Positions 12,390-25,590 of a DNA stretch of 64,000 nt are shown here, in pieces (the stretch's first letter is position 1; each line of letters starts with the position of its first letter). Origin of the DNA: Vicugna vicugna. Taxonomy: Eukaryota. The stretch covers positions 3,073,576 through 3,137,575 of the forward strand of contig MU057887.1 of the NCBI GenBank assembly GCA_013265495.1. Reading direction: 5' to 3'. The notes under the pieces are model-generated. The model was not told the origin of the DNA. It was given only the letters and a program-made list of their open reading frames with translations, and did no database searches. The position numbers were made by a program, and so were the translations under genes.

Positions 12390-14300
12390 AATTTACTTAC
12401 AGAACTAAATTAAAATTTTTTTCTTTGCCATATAATTGACATCTAATTTGATCTCAGGTATACAGTATCCTCATGAAAAGAATTGGTAACTTTTTTTTCC
12501 TAATTTCTTAAAAATCTGACATAAAATGGGAGTTTTCTGATCCTTGAGAGGAAATTTGAAATTCTTTTTCTGGTTATGAAGCAGAAATGCCAGTTAAAAG
12601 TGTAAACCACTTTTTACATCTAACAGTTACATATCTATATATTTGGCATCTTTTTGGAACAGTTTGGGCACATTCTGTTTAAATCATCCACTCTGATGAT
12701 GGTTTTCAATTTTTCAGGTAAAGTTGTTCATAGTTACTTCCACTCTGATTATGTGTTTTTAATTACTGAGTTAAAGTTGTTCATAGTATTGCCTTAGTTT
12801 TAAGCCTCTTATTTTTTGCGCGGTTGGACTTCTGTTCTCTCAATAACGTCTGTCTGTGGCCCCCTTCCTCCTTCCATCAGTCTTGCCAGAGCAGCGTCGG
12901 CTCTGCTGTGCTGATAAAGTGGTAGCTTTTGGTACTCACGACCCTATTTCTTTGTTTCCTGTTTCATTCGTTTAAGTTCATAATTTTTTTTTTGTTTATT
13001 TTGTTATTCTCTTATGTTTTAGTTAATCTTTTTTATTTTTTTACTGTGTATACATATACAATATAATACATATACAATCTTCATATATATGATAAAACAC
13101 ATTTTTACTTTAAAAATTATTTTTAGATATTATAAATTATAATATATAGAGTTTATTTTAATATAAAATATTTCAATATAACGTATTAAAAATAAAACTA
13201 TATGTATCAAACATTATGTGTTCCTCTAAATGAGGAAGCTACACTCCTTGGGCCAAACCCAGCCCCACCCCCGGTGTCACAGAGCAGGTGTCACCGGCGC
13301 ACAGACTCACCTGCGCACTCAGGTGTGGTCCGTGGCTGCTTCCCCTCCAGGTGGCAGAGAGCGGCCCGAAGGCCGGGAAGAGGTCCCGTCTGCGCCCCGC
13401 AGAGAGCTCAGCCCTTCGTCCGTGCTCCACAGTCTTCAGGTGCAGCGTTTCTGTCGGCATCTTGTTTTAAATTCCCCGAGAAATGGGTTTTACAGTTCAG
13501 TGCTTATGGGGCTTTTTTTCAGTTACTTTTGACTTTGACGTGTGATGTTCAGAGGACGCATTCTGCAAACACCGATCTCCAGGAACTGCTGGACCGTGGC
13601 TGACTGTCCGGCGAGCGCTGACGTGCCCCTGCGGTCTTAGGTGCGCGGCTCGCGACGGCTGCTGCACCCGGCTTGCTCCTTACGTGCCACAGCCCCCTCT
13701 GCCACCCTCTGTCTCGGCAGCCTCTGTCACTGAGCTGTGGTGACGCCTCTCGCCGTGATGTGCGTGTGCCTGTTTCTCCTTGAGACTTCTCAAGGACAGT
13801 CCCGTTTCTTCCGCCGTGGCGCCGCTCTTCCGCCTCCGGAACGTGTGCTGCTCCGCGTGGCTGTGCCTGGGCGGGCCGAGCCGGCCTGGCTTCCGCTGGG
13901 TGTGGCTTGGCCAGTGCGACACGTCGCCTTCCGTCTTTCTGAGTCATTCTCTTCCTGTGTCTCTTGTCAGCAGCTCTTGATCGCGTCCTCATCTGTTGTC
14001 TGTCTGACTGTCTGTCTGCCTGTCTACCTATTTATCTATCTATCTATACAGAGAGGGGCTTTCTCGAGCAGGTGTCTCCTTGCGCGCTCGGTGGCCAGCA
14101 GCGCGGCACGCTGTCCGTCAGGCCCCCGGTCGAGGGCCCCTGTTGACCCCCCTCCCGCACGGCACCCTCGCCTCGCAGGTGACTGACTCGATCCTTCTGC
14201 GGTTTAGACAGGACCGTCATTTCTGCTCTTGAAGCACTTACACCGGGGTTGCGTAGTATCTACGCCAAAACTCACACGGCACCGCCTGCCTGAGTGTCTT
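12390..14300 (-). mobile_element. Old LINE-1 remnants with an AT-rich low-complexity patch (12980-13230)
   Basis: T-rich, L1-antisense-like composition with patchy motifs such as ATCAGTCTTGCCAGAG; boundaries approximate. Confidence 0.4.
13999..14050. repeat. (TCTG)n(TCTA)n compound microsatellite
   Basis: Directly visible. Confidence 0.8.
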
Positions 14301-17300
14301 CAGCTTCCTCCGACGCACGACAGAAGCGCCCCGGGACGTCAGCGCCGAGGTGTCCCTCCCGCGTCCCAAGGCCTGCCTCGGGAGGCTTCACGGAGACAGG
14401 GCGAGCAACCCCCTGCCACACGCAGGAGCTGAGCAGCTAAGAGGTGCGACGAAGAGGGGCCAGGGAAGGGCCCTGCGCTTCTGTTGCGTTGCTGCCCCTT
14501 TAGCGAACGTCTCGGGGGCGCCTCCCCCCCGCCCCCCGGCGCTCGGGGCGGGGCCAGCAGGAGGCCCCGCCCTCCTCCCGGGAGCCTGTGGCCTGGGCGC
14601 CGTGATGCTGAGAGCGGAGCAGCCACACTCCTCCCCACGGACGGACGGGCTGCGTCCGCACAGAGGCATCCAGACACCAATGACTTGATTCAGCTCCACC
14701 GGCCCCCTTAGCCCGTGGCGGGGGCCTTCTCCAGGGGGCCCCCACGCCGGGGCAGGAAAGCGCCATGCTCGGGGCTGCCTGCTGGGAAACGGAGCATGTG
14801 CACCTGGTCCAGGGACCAGACTTGACGTGGATTGGATCTCACGGGTGACAAGCTGGCGCGGGCAGTCGGGGCCACCACGGGGAAGCAGACACCCTCCCCA
14901 GGTGGAGGATGACGGGAGTTACCCAGCCCAGCGCCGCTTGGGATGGCTGGGTCGTTCATCCCGCGTCGGGCGCCCAGTGTCTCTCACGTCTGCCCCCTCG
15001 GCCCCCTCCTGATGGAGCCCCAGCTGTGGACTTGGGTGAGGTGTCTGCCGTTGTGGGGGTGACTGGGCGACCCCAGACCTGGAAACTGCAGACAGAGCGC
15101 CATCTACCCTGCGGGCCCAGCCATCACCTCGGGGGCCCCGGTGCCGCCCACCCGCTGGTGCTTAGGTGACCTCGGGCATGTTCACGGAGTGTGCGAGGCC
15201 ACCCCCAGGACAAGTGGGTCTGGAACACTTTTCTTTTATGACCCTTCACAATGGGTTTTAAAAACCAATGGCCTTCCTCGCCCCCTCCTCTCACGCCTCC
15301 TCTGGGAACGAAGGTGCAGCCTCTTAGAGCCACACTGGGGTGGGCGCAGGCCTGGTGGGTGGCGTCCAGACCTTGCTGTGGGGCGTGTGCTCGTGAACCC
15401 ACTCTGGGGGCCCAGCTGAGCCCCCGCCTCTGGGACCTCTGGCCCTGCAGACCTTCTGACTCCACCCTGGACAAGGAGGTTCCTTCAAGGTGGTTTTGGC
15501 CTTGGGATGAGCATTTCTGTTCTAGCAGTGGAAGCTGAAGGTACAAACCTAGGAACTGTCAGCTGGCACCTGTGTGAGACAGAAGGACACTGGCCAAAGA
15601 GTGAAGGAAGGACCGCACAGGTGAAGGCCGGGGTGGCCAGCGCCTGGATCCAGCTGCTCCTGCAGCCTTCCTGAGTTCCTGCTCCTCCCCCAGCTGCCTT
15701 GGGCTTGAGGGTCCTTACGTCCTTTTATCCCAAACAGTCTTGCTTGGCACTTGCTGCCTTCAGTGCACAGGCTGGATGTTTATTTAACTTGCTCAGAAGC
15801 CCTTTTTGAAGTTTTAAGCAAGAAACCTATGAATAAGAGAGATGCCACTTAAGCCCATGGTGCTGCAAGCCAGGCTCCTGGGCCCCGTGGGGGTGGCTCC
15901 TTCCTGGGGGGGGCACAGCCTAAGCAGAGGGGGTGACCTGTCACCACCCGCTGCACGACCTGTCTGTCAGGGGCAGGGCGTGGGCGGGGCCGGGTGGTCT
16001 GAGCGGCCTCCCGGGGTCTCCCGTAACTAAGGAGAAAGTCCGGAGACCGCAGGCTCGTTGTCTGCCCGTGCGTCTGGCCTGTTTCAGTCCCTAACCTGGG
16101 CCCTTGAATCACCAGGCGTCTGGAGGGTTGGCTTGACCAGGATTTGGAGGTGGGGGACCTTTCTCACTTCCGGCCCTGGGCCCTCCCCCTGGTCCCTGGG
16201 GGGAGTGGGCTGACCCCGCTGATTGGAGTAAAGCCTGGGGAACGCGTGTCCAGCCCTTCCTGTCTGTCTCCGCGTCTGTGACCAGTGGCTTGTGTTTTGC
16301 TGCTTCTTGGGAAAGGGCGAGTTTGGGGGTGGAAGGCGGGCATGCTGTCTGCAGGGCCCACCATGGCTCTGCCCGGGTGGATGGCAGGGAGCGGATTTAA
16401 GGATGGGCTTGGGGGCTGCGTCCCTGAAGGATGCTCTCCAGAAGTCAGCCTTCCTGTGGAAGTGATGGTAATTGGATCTGCCACCAGCAAACTCCTTTCC
16501 TATCTCCTGACTGGTTGCCAAGCCAGTCAGAGAGGGGAGGCTGACCCCTCTAGACTTGTGGTCCAGCTCTGCGCTGGCGCCTGGGGGCCGGGGGTAAGCT
16601 GGGTCACCAGCACTGATGGAGGCTTTCACAGACACGCCTCATCCTCTGAGTAAGGAGTTCACTGCCTGAAACGTAAGTTCCGGCTGACAGTTAGTGGAAT
16701 TCTGTCTCCCCACCTGGAATGGCGCCGACTCTCTGTCCTGTTGGCAAGAGGGCGCATTCTGTGGGGTTGGGTCTGTAATGAGGAGGCGCAGGGCTCAGAT
16801 CTCCTCCAGGTGGAAGCACCTCCCGTGGTGACTCATCACGCAGACTCTGCTCATTCGACGGACGCATTGCAGAGCTTCAGTTCCTAGGAGTGGGGGGCTG
16901 GCTGGCGGGGCAGGTCTGCGGCCCCCGGGCGGGCGTGGTGCGGATGTGCTTGTCCCCAGGGAGGGTCGGCGTCCCCGCCCAGCCTGGAGCTGTTCCATCT
17001 GGAGGAGGTGCTTCCCCTGCGGTGGAGGAGCAGGTGCTGTGCTCCTGGTGTCTCCCCCCGCGGGTGGCCAGCTGCTGCCTTTCGGGGAGCAGGGGAGGGG
17101 CTTTGCCCAGGGGAAGCTGCAGATGAAAAGCGTTTCCTCATTGTTGAGTTGAGCTGCGCCGAGCAGTACTTGGTTTCTGAATCCCTTCCTACTGGTTTGA
17201 AGGAGAATTTCTCACTATGGAAGAGCATTTACTGAGCACACAGAACACCTGGACCCGATTCAGCCTGTGGGTGTCATCAGAGCCCGGGCCGCCTTCCCCC

Positions 17301-20279
17301 TCGTGATCACAGAGAAACGTGGCCCAGACGAGCTCCCCTCCCAGCCAGGTCTCCATCAGTTCCGTCCTCCGGGGGACACGTGGTCCCGAGCCCTCCTGCC
17401 GTCCTGTGCGCTCTGGGGCTCGAGCACCCAGTGTTTTCAAGAGACATGTTCTATTTAGGAAGATGACTCAACATCCTCTGACCTGGCACAGGGGGTGACT
17501 GTTGGGAGCCCAGATTTACTCAACAAAGAACGGATTGCGGGCGGGGTGGTGGCCCCGGCACGTGGCGCTGGCTGGTCCTCCCTGAGAGCTGGCCCGACCC
17601 TGCGCCTGTGTGAGGGTGCCGAGTGCGGGAGGCGCTCGAGTCCATGTTCCTGGGATGAGGGGAGCTGGAACAAGCCCTCCTTTGGCCGCGGGTGCGGCCT
17701 GATGATGGCATCTACGTTGTACGCTTGTGAGGACGTCGCCGAGGATGAGCGTTTGTCCCTCTGGGCGAGGTTTCAACGTGGAATTCTGGTCCTTCCGTCT
17801 GTCTTACTTCCCGTCGCTCCAGAAGTCGGGAGGGGCGAGAGATGAGGCTTCTGGGCTTAACTCAGAGGATGCGACCCCCACCGCGAGGGCTGCGCGGTGG
17901 CTCAGCGGCCGGCGGCTGCCGCATCCAGCACAGGGCCTCCCCCGGGGGTTACGGCGTGCCGGGGCTGCCCCCACTTCCAGGAATCCTGGATCTGAGACCT
18001 GTTCGTATAAACAATTTAGCTTTCCTGTGGTCAGGCCCTGATTTTAAAGCTGATGGGCACACTTAAAGGGGTGGTTCTAATCCGCAGCCACGCCTCCGCC
18101 AACGCGTGTGTAGATCTCGGCGCCGTTTCTGTTAGTGCTGCGGGGATTGCGAGAGCAGCGGTCCGTCAGGCGGGCGCCCTCACGCACCCAGCGGTGACAC
18201 GCAGGCAGAGGCGTTCTCCTAACACCGTGCCTGGCGGCGGAGGGCTGACCAGCCCTGGGTCTTCCCTGCGGGGCTGAGCGCGAGAGGAGCAGCGCCGGGC
18301 GCCCGCGCTGCGAAGCGGCCCTGGGAGGGAGGTGGACGGAAGCCTCGTCATCGGGCGGCTGCCCCGCGCACTCCACTGCCGGCTGTCTGAGAGCCCGGGG
18401 ACCACAGCTCGGGGCCAAAGGGGAGAAGCTGCCGAAAGGACGCTCGCCCGTGCTATGACTGTATTCAGGGCGTCGAGTGACCGTCACTAACAGCATCTGT
18501 TGGACTCCCTGCGGCCAGATCTAACACCAGAAGAGGAACCCAGGGAGCAGGATGCGCGGTGACAGCCCACGGTTTTGGAAGCACTGGTGTCAAACTGAGA
18601 CGTGTCACCTAACCCTGGTGGCTGCCTCCGAGTTCGGGAAAGGGCCCCGTCTTCCATACGGTGAAGACGCCCAGGGAGAGAGAGACGGGCCGCGGGCTCT
18701 TCTGGGCGGGAGAGCGTGGCCCTGGGCTGGGAGGCCCGCCGTGCGACCGACCCTGTGATCGGGGAGCTCGGCGAGCCTGCTGTGCGTGTTCAGGGGGTGC
18801 AGGAACTGTCACAAAGCGGCAGCTGAAACTGCTGGAGACGTAACTGTTTCAGACAGAACAAACAGCTGGATTGATGGCCCTCGCTCCCTAACCCTCACAG
18901 CGCCCAGGGACGGCAGGGTCCCCTTAGGGGGTCCTTCGCACGCAGCGGAGCCGGCGCGCAGTCTGCAAGGGACACTGAACTCCACCCACGTCCTCCTGGC
19001 AGGGGGCGAGGCTTCACGCCGTCTCTCCCAATCTGGGGGCTTCCCGAGCCCAAAGAAAATGCTGGTATGAGGTTTTCCAAGGGGTGTAACTAAAGAAAAA
19101 GCATGTTCGGCAAGACTGTCTCTATTCAGAGCAGAAACAAAGCAAGGAGGACCCACTGGGGCATGGAGGGGCGCACGGGGAGGGTGCCCTTCGCAGGGAA
19201 CTCGGTTCCAGGGGTGTTCATGCCTCTTGCCTGCTAAGCGCGAGTGTTGTGTGATTTTCACCTCGTTGGCAGGGAGTGGGATGGGGGACAGGACACCGGG
19301 CGCTGAGTTCAGCCCCCGTGCGGAGGGGCCTCGCTAGGCCCTCTGCGTGCGCGGGACCGTGCTGACACCTGAGCGGAGGCAGGGACCGCAGGCTTTGTAT
19401 TCCCAGAAGGGACCCTTCTTTGACTTGCTCCGCCTCCTGCGGCCGGAGGCACCGAGGTCCCCGGCGGGGTCTCCGTTCTCTGTGCCCTCCCACCCTCCAG
19501 CTCACGCCTCTCCTCGGCCAGGGTCACCCTGCCTCCCTGGCTGTAAAGTAGATCCCAGAAGGGCACTTCTTCACCCACGTTAGTCCCAGACCTGGGTCTG
19601 CGCACGTACACATGTGTGGGCGCGTGGGCTGTTTTCCACGAGACAGTCTCACGGATGGTTTCCACTTGCAGCGGCTCTGTCAGGGAGGCAGGAAGCATGC
19701 GTGGGTGTCGGTGATGGTGCCCTCTGCCACCGTGGGGAGCACCCACATGGGGCCGGGCTCCAAGCGCACACCCTTCTTCCCGTAAACGCTCCGCTGCTGC
19801 TGGCTGCTCCGTTGTTTTCTGACTTTTCGCTGAGAGATGCCCACTTGCACACACACACCTCTTTGCGCTCAGCTGTCATTTCCCCGGGAGAGCTTCCTTG
19901 CAGGACGATGGGTGAGCTCACTCTGCACCCTTCAGGTGGGAGTTCCAGGTCATGCCGCAGCCGCACCAGGAGGGAGTGGGGGTTGGGGGAGTGACTCCGG
20001 CGCGTGGCTCGGGGCCCCGCCTTGCAGCCAGCGATGACCTTGATGGCCTTGCGCAGGAGACCGGGAGGCACCCTGGTGTGTGGCTTGGACACAAGGACAC
20101 TCTTCTGAGCCTCTTCCACTTGTGTTTCTCCTGATGCACATCATTGACTCCTCATCTCTAAGGACGTTCTCAGTTGCCCCCTTTGAGACAAAGGCAGTTT
20201 GTACTGACCACTTTTATCTGGACAGGAATGGCGAACGCTGTGCAGAAACTCAATAAATGTTTGCTAACTCCATCCACTG

Positions 20280-20830
20280 GCCCATCTAGGGGTTTTATTT
20301 AAAGGTTGAGTTTTGCTCTAAGATGTTAATTGTGTGGCTTAATAATGATTTCTATTAATGAGGCCATTAATTTTGTGAACCCGAGCTCGGGGCCGGTGTG
20401 GCTGTGGCTCCCGCGCCGACCTTGGGATTCGGCCAGACTGAGGAGAACAGCGGAGATTCCCCTCCGCGTCAGTCGCCGCAGGGCAGGACCGGACTCAGGA
20501 GCTGTTAGGAGGTAACGATTGTGAACTCAATGATTTTAACGGTTTTGGATAAATTACTCCAGAAAAAAAAAGAAAGATCTTCAGTACATTTTATTTTGGA
20601 AGGTTTTGTCCCCTGAAGCAATTGATTAGAGGCATAGGAATAGAAGCAGATAAAAGAAAAAGAAAAAGAAAAGGCGCGTTTGATGATCTGTCTTATTTAA
20701 ATTTGACTTAGGGCACAGAAGTCCCGGCCCTGTGACTTCAGATGCACAGCTCTCATTAAAGGGGGGCTGAATTAAAGACCACTGTAAAAAGCCTCTAGGT
20801 ATTTTCTCATTAATTCCTCCGATCGATCAG
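20280..20830. promoter_or_regulatory. Candidate conserved enhancer-like AT-rich island
   Basis: Many TAAT/ATTA cores (e.g. TTAATTGTGTGGCTTAATAATGATTTCTATTAATGAGGCCATTAATT); not repeat-like. Confidence 0.45.
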
Positions 20831-22044
20831 CCAGCGGTCTCTGTCTCCAGGAAGCCGCGGCGGAGGAGCCCGGATGCGGGGTGAGCCGAGGCGCCGCCGT
20901 GCGGACCCTGCTGCGTCCCAAAGGGCCCTTGAATGACGCCCACACCCACTGAGGGTGCCTGGGGCCTGAGTTTGCCCTTTCCCACATCTTGGACGCTTTT
21001 CCTGACACAATTTTGACATTAAAGCAGGTTTCACAGCAGCACCTGAGAAGGAGACATGGGGAGCAGGGGTCCTCCGTCTGGGGGGTTCTTGGTGGAAGAG
21101 TCTCCTGGATTCCACATCGTCTCTTTTCCTTCTGAGATGCTGGCCTGGGGAGCCAGACGTGCAAGGAGCAGTAAGTAAATGGAGAGCATGAGTATTTTTC
21201 AGGTGTTTCAGGAAATGTCCGATAAACTCCCCTCTCCCGCAAATTCAGGGCAGAAGCAGGCGGCTTAGCTCTGAACCGGGCAGAGCCGCTTCCTCCCGGT
21301 CCTGGACACCACCTTGCACGTCCTGCAGGTGCTCCCCCGGGGACGGGCTCGCAGACCCACCTGGCGCCACGAGCTGCCCCTGGCCCGGTGGGTCGTGCTC
21401 CGTGAACCCCAGGCTTGGCCCGAGAGAGGAGCGAACCTTCCACGGCGGGAGGCCTGGGGGCGCGTGGGCCCCTCGCACAGCCCCTCGGTGGAGACATGCG
21501 CGAGGATCCACCCCCCGCGGACAGAGGTAAGAAATGTGGGAGGGTCTCAGCCGCCTCCCTGCCCCCGGGGTGGGCAGAGCCAAGTGTGCAACACAGCGGG
21601 GACAGGTGGGGGGGGCCTTCCCGACTCACTGGCCCCACCACCAGCTCCTGAACCAAACTGTGCCTCAGCTTCCCCACAAAGGATTCAGGGGTCATAGGGC
21701 ACCCCCTTCACGGTGTGGCAGGGACACAGGACAGTGACTGTCCCGGAGCAGATGCTGGGCTTTGCGGGTTGTGACGGAAATGACTGCACTTTGGAGGCCA
21801 TGGAGGTCACGCCCAGGACACAGGCACACGGGCAGTAGGTGACTGCGCAGCGTCAGCACCAAATACAGACGGAACGAGGAGGCGGGAAACGGAAGGGAAG
21901 ATGGCAGACCTGGAGGGCGGGCCCGGCCTCATGCTGTCCCAACATTGTCCTTCCCGAGGGGGCGCTCAGCACGGGCTCCCGGAGCTGGGGAGGCGAGAGG
22001 TGAGGACCAGGGCGCATCACTGCTCAGAGCTGTACGTGTGAGCG

Positions 22045-22346
22045 CACACACCCCCTACACAGACACACAACACACACACCCCCGACACAGACACACACAC
22101 AGACACACATACATAGAGACACACACATCTCCCCACACAGACACACCCCGCCACAGACACACACAGAGACACACACACACCCCACACACACAGACACATA
22201 CACACACACCCCACACAGACACCCCACACAGACACCCCACACAGACACACACACTCACCCACACACACACAGACAACACACACCCCACACAGACACACAG
22301 ACCCCCACACCCCAGACGGGCCACACACCACACACCACAGACACAA
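22045..22346. repeat. Imperfect (CA)n / ACAGAC / CCCCAC compound microsatellite, about 300 bp
   Basis: Directly visible; it generates the His/Thr-rich and Cys/Val-rich spurious ORFs. Confidence 0.95.
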
Positions 22347-23339
22347 AGTACCCCAAATCAGATGTTCTGAGCAGGTAAACAAGAAGGAGCGAATGAAGGC
22401 TGCAGTCACAGCGTCTCTCCCTCAAAAATGTTAGGAACTTATAGGGAAAAAAGTTAATTTCCAAGCAATGAATTGCCTCCATTTGTTTGTTTGAAAGCAG
22501 AGATTAGGGCAGAAAGCACAGAAAGACATGATTCCAAAATCAGAGAAAGACAGGGAAGCAGAGGCGCAGGCACTCAGTCTCCTTCGTGGGCGCAGACACG
22601 ACCATTTCACGTGAAAGGCAGGAAGTCCGATCCCGCAGCGCACTGAGCCTGTTCCTCCGCGGCCGAACAAAGCTTTCTCTTGTAATAAAAATGTCTTGAT
22701 ATTGAGCGAATACGTTCAGGGGGACACGAATAAGGTGGGGAATGACAGGCGGCCGTCCTGCCGGAGGCTGGGCAGCATTCCGGGCACAAGTGTGTGTGTC
22801 GCTTCGCTCTCGCTACTGATGTGTTCGCACGTAGCCTTCTCCGGCGCTCCCCAGGTCACAGGTGCTTTACCCACACACAGCCCCGGGCTTCCGTGTTTGG
22901 CCTTCTACGTTTATACGTTGACTCCATGTGAAGTCTGCACCCGCAGAAGCTTCGAGCTGGTGACCGAAATCATCAGCCCGCATCTCGGGTCGGGGCCTAG
23001 AGCCCCTTTCCTCCTGGAATAAAACGCCTGTGTGAGGGGCCCCCGAGTGCACCTCTGGGGGTCTGCTTGCGTCTCTGCTCGCATTTTTCTAAGATTTTGT
23101 TGCTTTGGGGCTTTGAAGTGCCTTTTCGAGGTCTCCCTTCCCAGCCTCCTCCAGGACCCTCCCATCCCTATGACCCAGGATTTAAATCACTGAATCACTC
23201 TTCATTACTCACTGTTTGCCCCTCAAATTTCCTTCCATGTAAACTCTTCCAAAAAACCTTTGGAATCATTTTCAGTTCATTTAGTTTTTCCTTTAGCTCT
23301 TCTGTGTTCTCTGCAGGAAACACATCATCCACGCGCGAT

Positions 23340-23720
23340 GGTTCATTTCGCGTGCCCACATGGCCAGCCACGGGGAGCCCGGATCCCTGGCTACACGCTG
23401 CTCTAGGTGCGTCTGGGAGGGTTTCCTGATGCGTGAGCATCGGAGGTCGTGGGCTCAGAGATGCCGGTCCCCTGGGGGGGGCTCATCGGATGCCTTGAAG
23501 GTCTCAGTAGAACAAAAAGGTGGAGTGGGTAGAACTCACTCTCTCTGCCCGACTGTGAGCAGGGACAGCGGCCTCCTCCTGCCCTTGGACTGAGACAAGC
23601 TCGCACCACCGGGTCTCCCGGTCTGGTTCTCACCCCCACGAGCCCATCATGTGAGCCAATTCCAAATAATAAATCCCTACACACACACACAACCCCATTG
23701 GAGAACCAGGACTAACCCAA
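23340..23720 (+). mobile_element. MLT2-like (ERVL) LTR
   Basis: ...GAAGGTCTCAGTAGAACAAAAAGG...CATGTGAGCCAATTCCAAATAATAAATCCC(AC)n...GGAGAACCAGGACTAA matches the MLT2 layout. Confidence 0.7.
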
Positions 23721-23973
23721 TTTGTGAACCATAAAGCGGGTTATTATTAATTTATTTAAATCCAATAGAGTCTGGTCCTAAACAAGAAAGCGTAACTGCA
23801 ATGTCGGGGAAAGGGGGGACTGTGGAAGAAGAGCCTCAGTGAACGTGCGGCGGGTGCTCACACGGCCCCTGACTTACTGCCAGTTCACGTCCATTGTGTG
23901 TACAGTTCGGCATCTTAATGTTTTTCTAGGATAAAAGTGTTTCTTTTCCCTTTAGGAAGTGATCTATTTCTTT

Positions 23974-24255
23974 TCTCTTAATTATTTTTTGAATTTTTTT
24001 ACTGGGGTATAGTCAGTTTACAACTTTGTGTCAGTTTCTGGTGCACAGCACAGTTTTTCAGTCATACATGAACACACATATATTCTTTTTCATATTCCTT
24101 TTCATCATGAGCTCCTACAGGATAGTGAATACGTTTCCCTGTGCTGTACAGTGTAATCTTGTTTATCTGTTTTATACATGCCAGTCAGTATCTGCAAACG
24201 TATCTGGAAAATGGAGACGTTGCAACCAATACCACAGAAATACAAAATATCACAC
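23974..24255 (-). mobile_element. Short LINE-1 insertion with 5' inversion
   Basis: Antisense L1 3' end (about 23974-24200) joined to a sense ORF2 piece (ENGDVATNTTEIQNIT, about 24205-24255); 20-bp TSD AGGAAGYGAYCTATTTCTTT at 23954-23973 and 24256-24275. Confidence 0.85.
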
Positions 24256-24779
24256 AGGAAGCGACCTATTTCTTTAAGGGAAAGTGTGCATCTCTGCAGG
24301 AGGGCGCATTCTCTGAGGCCACCAGTGTCCGGCAAGGACCATGCAAGAGGCTCAGCCCTGGAGCGGGTTCACCCGGGGGGGCTCGGCACCCAGACCCACA
24401 CCCGCGCAGCCATCCCTGGGCACAGCCCCCGGGGTTCCAGGAGCCTTCATGTAAAACACCTGTCTGTGCTCAAAGCTGCGCAGGGACCACCGGGGGTGGG
24501 GCGGGGACGGGGCGGGCCCCTCCGCCTCCACGTTTGATCCCCGCTGACTTTCCACGTTTCTTCAAAGCCTGTTTCACTTGCACAAGGGGAGCTCTGAGCA
24601 GATCTGGTCCTGAGGCCAACTAGCCTCTGTGTGGGGCTTGTGTGGGCAGCCGTTCCCCCGAGGACTGAGGACAGACACCGCAGGTGACCGCCAGAAGTGA
24701 CCGATGCTGTAACCTACGAAAACAGAACACAGTGGGAAGTACTGGAATCATGAGGAAGTGACGGTTTTCATCGCTGCCT

Positions 24780-25590
24780 TTCGAGTTTCTCTTATGAGGG
24801 TGTAACAGGAAATAGGTGTGTAGTCGTTCTAAGTGCATCACGCAGGGGTGTGAGGTGCATTCGTGTTGTTGTGCAGCCGTCACCACCGTCCAGAGCACGC
24901 TCACCTCCCCAGACCGAGACTCCGCACGCCCCGGGCCCCCAGCCTCTGCTTCCTGTCTCTAAGGACTTGACTCCTCCGGGACCTCCTGTAAGTGGGACCG
25001 CAGGCTGTGTCCTCTGGCGACCGCCTGCGTCCCTGAGCGTGACGTCCTCAGGGCTCACCGCCTACGCAGCGCATGTCAGAGGCTCCCTCCTTTTCAAGGC
25101 TGAGCGACAGCCCCTTGGACAAGAGACCTCACTCGCCCATTCACGCATCTGCTGACGGACACCTGGTCGAGTCCACCTTCCGACGGTTGTGCACGTGCTG
25201 CTATGAACACGGGAGCCTTTCTGAGCCCCGGCTCGAGCTCTTCGCGTGTGTGCCTCGGACGGGGCCCGCTGGGCCACGTGGTAAGTCTGCTCACCACTTT
25301 GAGGAGCTGCTAAACCTCCGTGGGTTCACCAGGTCACATCCCCGCCGGCCGAGTGTGGCCGCCGCGACCTCTCGCCGACACGTGTCGCTGTCATCCTTGC
25401 AGGCTGGAGACAGCGGTCCACTGGGACCGAGACTCGCGTTTCCCTGGCGGCTGACGACGCCGAGCGCCTCTTCCCGTGACTGCCGGCCAGCCGAGCGCCT
25501 TCCTTGGAGAGACTTCTGTTCCCGCCTTTTGCTCGTTTGTGAATCGAGTGGCTTTGCTGCTGTTGAGTTACAGGAGCTCTTTGTATGTTC
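24780..25590 (-). mobile_element. LINE-1 (L1MB-like) 3' end, strongly GC-shifted
   Basis: GTGTTGTTGTGCAGCCGTCACCACC, CTCCTGTAAGTGGGACC, CTCCCTCCTTTTCAAGGCTGAG and GCTGTTGAGTTACAGGAGCTCTTTGTATG are collinear with the antisense L1MB 3' region. Confidence 0.75.

Noticed and set aside
13344..13357. CTCF-like motif CCTCCAGGTGGCAG (similar near 4305, 39773 and 51170)
   Set aside because: Such matches are common in GC-rich DNA and cannot be supported without binding or conservation data.
21945..22482. Cys/Val-rich and His/Thr-rich ORFs
   Set aside because: Translations of the CA microsatellite.
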